Positions 62,201-64,000 of a stretch of 64,000 nt of DNA are shown piece by piece. Origin of the DNA: Carcharhinus longimanus. Its lineage: Eukaryota. The notes under the pieces were generated by a model. That model made no database searches. It was not told the DNA's origin and saw only the letters and a program-made list of their open reading frames with translations. Numbering within the stretch: the first letter of the stretch is position 1; each line of letters opens with the position of its first letter. Position numbers and translations under genes: made by a program. The DNA is taken from the NCBI GenBank assembly GCA_030264375.1, contig JASCQW010000133.1:15391417-15455416 (forward strand), written 5' to 3'.

Positions 62201-63946
62201 CCTCTGCTGATATTCTAACTGAAGGATACTGCAAGGGTCAAATCCACATTTGAAGATTCCTAGAAAACTTAGAAGTAAATAAAAGAGTACTGTTGTTTAA
62301 AACGTAAATCTTGTAACATATTCGTACAGGTGATAAATGCTGACCTGTAACACACCTACAAAATCTTTAATCTTAATTACTAGTTGCAATAATCAAGTGT
62401 TTTTTCAGTTTTGCAACTCATGAAGAAAGAGGGGAGCTCCATGTTGCAGTTGTTATTTTGTACATGAGAATGCTAGCCTCAGATGCTTCAAGTTCCCCAT
62501 TAGATTTGTAGCCATTGCTATTTGATGTGTTTTCAAGTCTAACTTTCTCCAGCTCTCTGCGTGTTGTCTGATGCTGCTGTAACAAAACAAATTCTCAAAC
62601 ATATCTTCAGAATAATCAGCAAATTAATATAGGACCTGCTACCTTGCAAAAAGGCATCATCTGCAGTGAATATCAGCTACAAGTTTAAGCAATTTTCTAA
62701 TTATTGTTCCATGTGAATTGCATTTCTACAGAGCTTGAAATTTCAATTTTGATAGCAAAAGGAAAAAAGTTGAATGTTAAAATTGTGCTTTAAATTTTTT
62801 TCCTCAACTAAAAATAAGATGACTTAGATTGTAATATTAAACTTTTGCAATATGTGCGCTCACACAGAGAACGTACTTATGGAAAAATATTGCTAAAATG
62901 CATTCATTTTTTTCCAGTTATTGCACATTTGACTTTTTTTGCCCCAAAATCCTTATGTTTGGGTTCAAACTAAGCCCAGAATATTGTCAGAGATAAATAT
63001 AGCATGATTCATTTAAAAGAATACTTCTGTCTATTGCAGACTTCTTCCCCAACACGGTCTAAGCAAGCAAATGCAGGATCAGAAGACAGGGCTGTTGGAA
63101 AAGATGTGAAGACAACAGGGCCTTATCCTCCAAGTAAGTATTTATCATGTTCATGAACACTTTTCATTATCTGATCTAAAGGATATTCTAAGCTGTTGAA
63201 ATTGGAATATTCAGAAGGATAGAGTTTGTTTTTAAGTAGTTCAAAATAAAATGCTGTAATTTTTAAATGTGGCCGGGGTGGAGTTGTCAAAAATTGACAT
63301 ACTTGCTTTCATCCAGCTGTTGCAGATCTGCAAAGAATGTTCCCGACCCCTCCTTCTCTAGAGCAGCATCCAGCATTTTCTCCAGTAATGAACTACAAAG
63401 ATGGTGTTAGTTCTGAGATGCCTGCAGGGATGAACAGTGTGGAGAATCCAGTGGGTAGCATGACTGCAACTCAGTTCGCAGAATTCAAAATGCAGGTGGA
63501 AGATCGACTGGGCAGTCCTAAGCCTGAAGAAATAACGGCAAGTAGAAGAAAACAGATGTTCAATATTACGGCAATTTGGTGGAAAAAGAATTATGTTCAG
63601 AACATTGTGTATTCTTATTTTAAAGAGCACTATTAAAATATTAGTTATGATAGATGTTTTTAATAGTCCTGAAATGCTGTGATACTTTGATTATTTGAAG
63701 TATATTTCCAAAGTAATTTTTGTTTTGATGCTCTTAACAGGATTTCTCTTACGTACACAAACCCCCAAAAGCCAAGGCTTTTGTTGGGTCTTCAATGTTT
63801 GCACCACTAAAAGCAGTGCCCAGTCAATGCCTTGCTCCACTGAAAATACCAGATGCCTGCATATACAGACCATCATGGGCTATCCCTCCTAAAATCGAAC
63901 AACTGCCTGTACCACCTTCAGCTTCATTAAATCGGGATGGATATGT
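5141..63946 (+). CDS. MED13L: MED13L, partial spliced CDS (13 internal exons, about 862 codons; gene continues beyond both ends of the window)
   Basis: Exons join in one frame with matching phases. Diagnostic peptides [66 protein letters not shown] and [27 protein letters not shown] match MED13L as I recall it. The MDKN/GESN/IAQH residues favour MED13L over MED13. Confidence 0.96.
7063..8415 (-). mobile_element. CR1/HER1-type LINE, RT region through 3' UTR, decayed, ends at a gap
   Basis: [56 protein letters not shown]; 3' tail is the reverse of aagaacataagaac. Confidence 0.93.
8741..9041 (+). mobile_element. HE1-like V-SINE with CR1-derived tail
   Basis: gggtcactgtctgtgtggagtttgcacattc...gggtttcctccgggtgctccggtttcctcc; ends ttctatgattctatga. 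Confidence 0.9.
10786..11103 (-). mobile_element. HE1-like V-SINE, near full length
   Basis: Reverse complement of the 8741 element, including the tRNA head and ttctattctatg tail. Confidence 0.9.
12165..12458 (+). mobile_element. HE1-like V-SINE, near full length
   Basis: gggcggcacagtgctacagtggttagc head, V core, ggtgcagactcaatggaccaaatggcc tail. Confidence 0.88.
14100..14286 (+). mobile_element. 5'-truncated Tx1/L1-clade LINE with a 13-bp TSD; interior is an N-gap
   Basis: [25 protein letters not shown]; A-tail after the gap; tgtaatcattagc at 14087-14099 and 14287-14299. Confidence 0.85.
14556..14722 (-). mobile_element. 3' part of a V-SINE with the same alternative tail as the 4623 copy
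   Basis: tttattagtcacaaataggctcac...ctccagcgcctgttcaggtacactgagggagaatttagcatggccaatgcaccta. Confidence 0.75.
15628..15770 (+). mobile_element. Short SINE-like repeat, internally deleted; same family as 27620-27812
   Basis: ctcagttggctggat head; gaccctcaggttaaaatcaccac...gagcagcc...tggtgactt is shared in reverse with the second copy. Confidence 0.65.
16335..17300 (-). mobile_element. Decayed CR1 LINE 3' region
   Basis: VKIWNALP...[12 protein letters not shown]; reverse of WQMKFNAEK near 17110-17140; ccccaggggtcagcgtcaggtcct (PQGS-like). Confidence 0.8.
20510..20840 (-). mobile_element. L2 LINE 3' fragment
   Basis: gatggaattccagagtgtagg...gagaattttaaaatc...agtgagcactggggtgat, matching the other L2 copies. 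Confidence 0.65.
21107..21360 (-). mobile_element. CR1 LINE 3' fragment spanning a gap
   Basis: [27 protein letters not shown]; 3' tail is the reverse of catagaacactacagcacaaacaggcccttcggccc. Confidence 0.85.
22040..23700 (-). mobile_element. Cluster of decayed L2 fragments, interrupted by a Penelope end
   Basis: [27 protein letters not shown]; repeated ggatttaaac...gagaatttaaaat motifs. Confidence 0.6.
22437..22870 (-). mobile_element. Penelope-like 3' UTR/pLTR fragment
   Basis: ataaaagcaaatgactgcggatgttgga...aagagctgatgtttgggatccagatgactttgtcaaagctaaaaggc; same family as the 2150 copy. Confidence 0.7.
24030..25150 (+). mobile_element. Short CR1 3' tail followed by a highly decayed CR1 RT fragment
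   Basis: ggcacaacttgtgggctgaagg...ttctatgttctatg; gtggatgttatgtgtatggat (VDVMCMD, equivalent to VDVVYMDF). Confidence 0.55.
26322..26978 (+). mobile_element. Non-autonomous bipartite RTE-derived element (5' region fused to the ORF C-terminus and 3' UTR)
   Basis: GC/CpG-rich island in AT-rich DNA; 26853-26939 encodes [28 protein letters not shown], an RTE-type terminal zinc knuckle; atgtttag on both flanks. Confidence 0.75.
27268..27600 (-). mobile_element. Two decayed Penelope-like 3' termini
   Basis: aaaacaggaaatactggatacactca...tgtttcaggtcagtaac and aaaaacagaaaatgctggtaaatctcaacaggtctgacagcatctgtgg. Confidence 0.6.
27620..27812 (-). mobile_element. SINE-like repeat (family of the 15628 copy)
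   Basis: aaagtcacca...ggctgctctc...ttaacctgag...tccagccaactgagcta. Confidence 0.65.
28330..28590. repeat. ~100-bp imperfect inverted repeat, probably an inverted Penelope-type terminal repeat
   Basis: Reverse complement of 28345-28440 aligns to 28489-28577. Confidence 0.75.
31170..31315 (+). CDS. MED13L: MED13L coding exon (~exon 5), 146 nt
   Basis: ttcacag|T GAG CAC...CAA G|gttaat; [48 protein letters not shown]. Confidence 0.96.
31570..31990 (-). mobile_element. Highly decayed L2-like fragment
   Basis: ggaaggaattttggagcttcaag...gggaatagttt, similar to the other L2 3' ends. Confidence 0.4.
32386..32577 (+). CDS. MED13L: MED13L coding exon (~exon 6), 192 nt
   Basis: ttttgcag|TC ATC...GTA G|gtaagt; [64 protein letters not shown]. 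Confidence 0.96.
33790..34265 (+). mobile_element. CR1 LINE 3' fragment
   Basis: aggagattcaccaggatgttgcct (RRFTRMLP); [17 protein letters not shown]; tail gctgtaaaactctgactcta. Confidence 0.85.
34428..34613 (+). CDS. MED13L: MED13L coding exon (~exon 7), 186 nt, contains the LTPPTSP phosphodegron
   Basis: tctgtag|GT GGA GTA...ATA G|gtatgt; [20 protein letters not shown]...[16 protein letters not shown]. Confidence 0.95.
34565..34788 (+). repeat. Diverged tandem duplication (period 116 bp) of the exon 3' end and intron start
   Basis: tgcggattgccactcacaccacccacttcacctgagcagaccataa...aacttttatgatcatctg versus tgtgggttgccactcgccacccacctcgcctacgcagaccataa...aacttttatgatggtctg. Confidence 0.92.
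37115..37820. mobile_element. CR1 3' fragments in opposite orientations (minus ~37115-37580, plus ~37625-37820)
   Basis: agaattccacagattcacgaccctttg...ggaatcaatctagtaaac; then gtggtggaaacagatttaatagtatctttcaaaatagaattggat. Confidence 0.7.
37915..38285 (-). mobile_element. DeuSINE-like (SacSINE1/AmnSINE1-related) element
   Basis: ctcctgctcttcaaatagtgcc...ggcctcgatttaacatctcat...gaaaga, Deu-domain-like; related to the 48715 copy. Confidence 0.65.
38560..38762 (+). mobile_element. Young CR1 3' end spanning a gap
   Basis: tgatcttattgaatggcggggcaggctcgaagggccagatggcctactcctgctcctatttcttatgttctta; an identical reverse copy lies at 58416-58490. Confidence 0.85.
39538..39657. mobile_element. Short MITE-like GC-rich insert
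   Basis: Imperfect terminal inverted repeats ggtagaattttc / gaaaatcccacc. Confidence 0.45.
40464..40590 (-). mobile_element. CR1 3' tail fragment
   Basis: aaagaacaaagaaaattacagcacaggaacaggc...ggccctctaagcctgc. Confidence 0.7.
41804..42366. repeat. 88-bp inverted repeat (41804-41891 and 42279-42366), 3 differences, 387-bp spacer
   Basis: ctggtagagctggttgtcagaaacaacttgatgatcgtttagtcgtgctttcatgattcattttattcattagccagctaaaacttca and its reverse complement. Confidence 0.95.
44278..44437 (+). CDS. MED13L: MED13L coding exon (~exon 8), 160 nt
   Basis: aatgcag|GT GAT...CTG AA|gtaagt; ...[31 protein letters not shown]. Confidence 0.93.
45720..46510 (-). mobile_element. Highly decayed CR1 remnants (3' end and an endonuclease-like piece)
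   Basis: aaaataggaacaggtgggctattcagc tail; ccagaattgcacagaggtatagtct; [11 protein letters not shown] resembles the EN motif GGGVALYV. Confidence 0.45.
47226..47327 (+). CDS. MED13L: MED13L coding exon (~exon 9), 102 nt (99 nt if the distal AG is used)
   Basis: taaag|A AGG CAT...TCA AG|gtagga; [33 protein letters not shown]. Confidence 0.9.
48715..49135 (-). mobile_element. DeuSINE-like element, near full length
   Basis: atcccaaagtgcc...actcccctgctc...aaatagtgccatggaatct...aaagatggcacttccaatagtgc...cttctgcctcagagacaagagt. Confidence 0.7.
49220..50722 (-). mobile_element. CR1 LINE RT-to-3' fragment containing a nested insertion
   Basis: Reverse of PQGSVLGP (gggccaagaactgatccctgtgg), [12 protein letters not shown] and [10 protein letters not shown]; tail acaagaacacaagaaata. 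Confidence 0.85.
49430..49806 (+). mobile_element. 3' end of a different non-LTR element, nested in the CR1
   Basis: actccctccacaacagatgc...gtactatctacacgatgcactgcagcaa...gggcaacttgggatagacaataaatgctggcc; splits the CR1 motif gagaat.tcagatt/caccc. Confidence 0.65.
50889..51095. mobile_element. Decayed pair of Penelope-like termini in opposite orientations
   Basis: atactgtggatgctggaaatctgaaaataaaaca (minus), then ggactcagatgttaactgtttctctct...tctggcgttttct (plus). Confidence 0.5.
51296..52027 (+). CDS. MED13L: MED13L coding exon (~exon 10), 732 nt, Pro/Ser-rich disordered region
   Basis: ttttcag|G CAA AAG...AGA CG|gtaata; lies within ORF 51282..52031. Confidence 0.97.
52311..52452 (-). mobile_element. 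HE1-like SINE 3' fragment
   Basis: catagaatcctttcgtgcagaagg...ttgagtctgcacc...ccacctaacccacatatcttt. Confidence 0.65.
53995..54330 (-). mobile_element. SINE sharing its 3' tail with the element at 49430
   Basis: ccagcatttattgtccatccctagttgc is close to the reverse complement of gcaacttgggatagacaataaatgctgg. Confidence 0.55.
54890..56456 (+). mobile_element. L2-clade LINE RT-to-3' fragment, decayed
   Basis: DPTDLAN, ctcgacctgtctgcagcctttgac (LDLSAAFD), cccttggcgacatcatt (PLGDII), gattttaaaattctcatccttgttttgaaatccctc. Confidence 0.85.
56610..56847 (+). CDS. MED13L: MED13L coding exon (~exon 11), 238 nt
   Basis: tttttag|A CTT TTA GCA...AAC AAG|gtaaca; [10 protein letters not shown]...[16 protein letters not shown]. 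Confidence 0.95.
58416..58645 (-). mobile_element. Young CR1 3' end spanning a gap
   Basis: taagaacataagaaataggagcaggagtaggccatctggcccttcgagcc. Confidence 0.85.
59378..60205 (-). mobile_element. CR1 3' fragment split by a Rex1 insertion
   Basis: ggaacaggagtaggccattcagccc...; ccaggaattagtctggtgaac; tcccaggtgtgatctcaac. Confidence 0.75.
59503..59822 (-). mobile_element. Rex1/Babar-type LINE 3' end
   Basis: Minus strand reads [26 protein letters not shown]...[12 protein letters not shown]; tail aataataaatcaaatcaa. Confidence 0.8.
60774..60876 (+). CDS. MED13L: MED13L coding exon (~exon 12), 103 nt
   Basis: ctctttcag|CTT GAA GAT...TCA G|gtatcc; [34 protein letters not shown]. Confidence 0.93.
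60999..61120 (+). CDS. MED13L: MED13L coding exon (~exon 13), 122 nt
   Basis: ttctttag|AA ACA...AAT GGG|gtaaat; [28 protein letters not shown]. Confidence 0.94.
63040..63133 (+). CDS. MED13L: MED13L coding exon (~exon 14), 94 nt
   Basis: attgcag|ACT TCT...CCA A|gtaagt; [31 protein letters not shown]. Confidence 0.92.
63317..63537 (+). CDS. MED13L: MED13L coding exon (~exon 15), 221 nt, ends at a GC donor
   Basis: atccag|CT GTT GCA GAT...ATA ACG|gcaagt; [20 protein letters not shown]...[10 protein letters not shown]. Confidence 0.92.
63741..63946 (+). CDS. MED13L: MED13L coding exon (~exon 16), 206 nt
   Basis: ttaacag|GAT TTC...TAT GT|gtaagt; [24 protein letters not shown]...[13 protein letters not shown]. 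Confidence 0.95.
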
Positions 63947-64000
63947 GTAAGTACTTAAAAGCATTTGTCTCAAATTTATGATGCTTAGAATCTAGTGTTT

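Noticed and set aside
5141-63946. Assignment to the paralogue MED13
   Set aside because: Diagnostic residues and the sequence of the large exon match MED13L as I recall it; a reciprocal BLAST would confirm.

Overview
Vertebrate genomic DNA, most likely from a shark or other cartilaginous fish, judged from its HE1/V-SINE, DeuSINE, CR1/HER1-type LINE and Penelope-like repeats. The whole window lies inside one + strand gene, MED13L (Mediator kinase-module subunit 13-like). I can trace 13 internal coding exons, equivalent to about human exons 4-16 (numbering from memory). They total 2586 nt and splice into one open frame with consistent phases; the start and stop codons lie outside the window. 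The introns hold decayed CR1, L2, Penelope, Rex1, Tx1 and RTE retroelements, several SINE families and small MITEs, plus ten N-gaps, mostly in or next to repeats. I see no evidence of a new protein-coding system. The most interesting items are: a tandem duplication of the exon end carrying the FBW7 phosphodegron; a GC-AG intron; an 88-bp near-perfect intronic inverted repeat; a palindromic Penelope-type repeat with hammerhead-like cores; a young bipartite RTE-derived element with a TSD; and an intact CR1 5' end with a tandem-monomer UTR. Repeat boundaries are approximate and family names come from recognition, not database searches.
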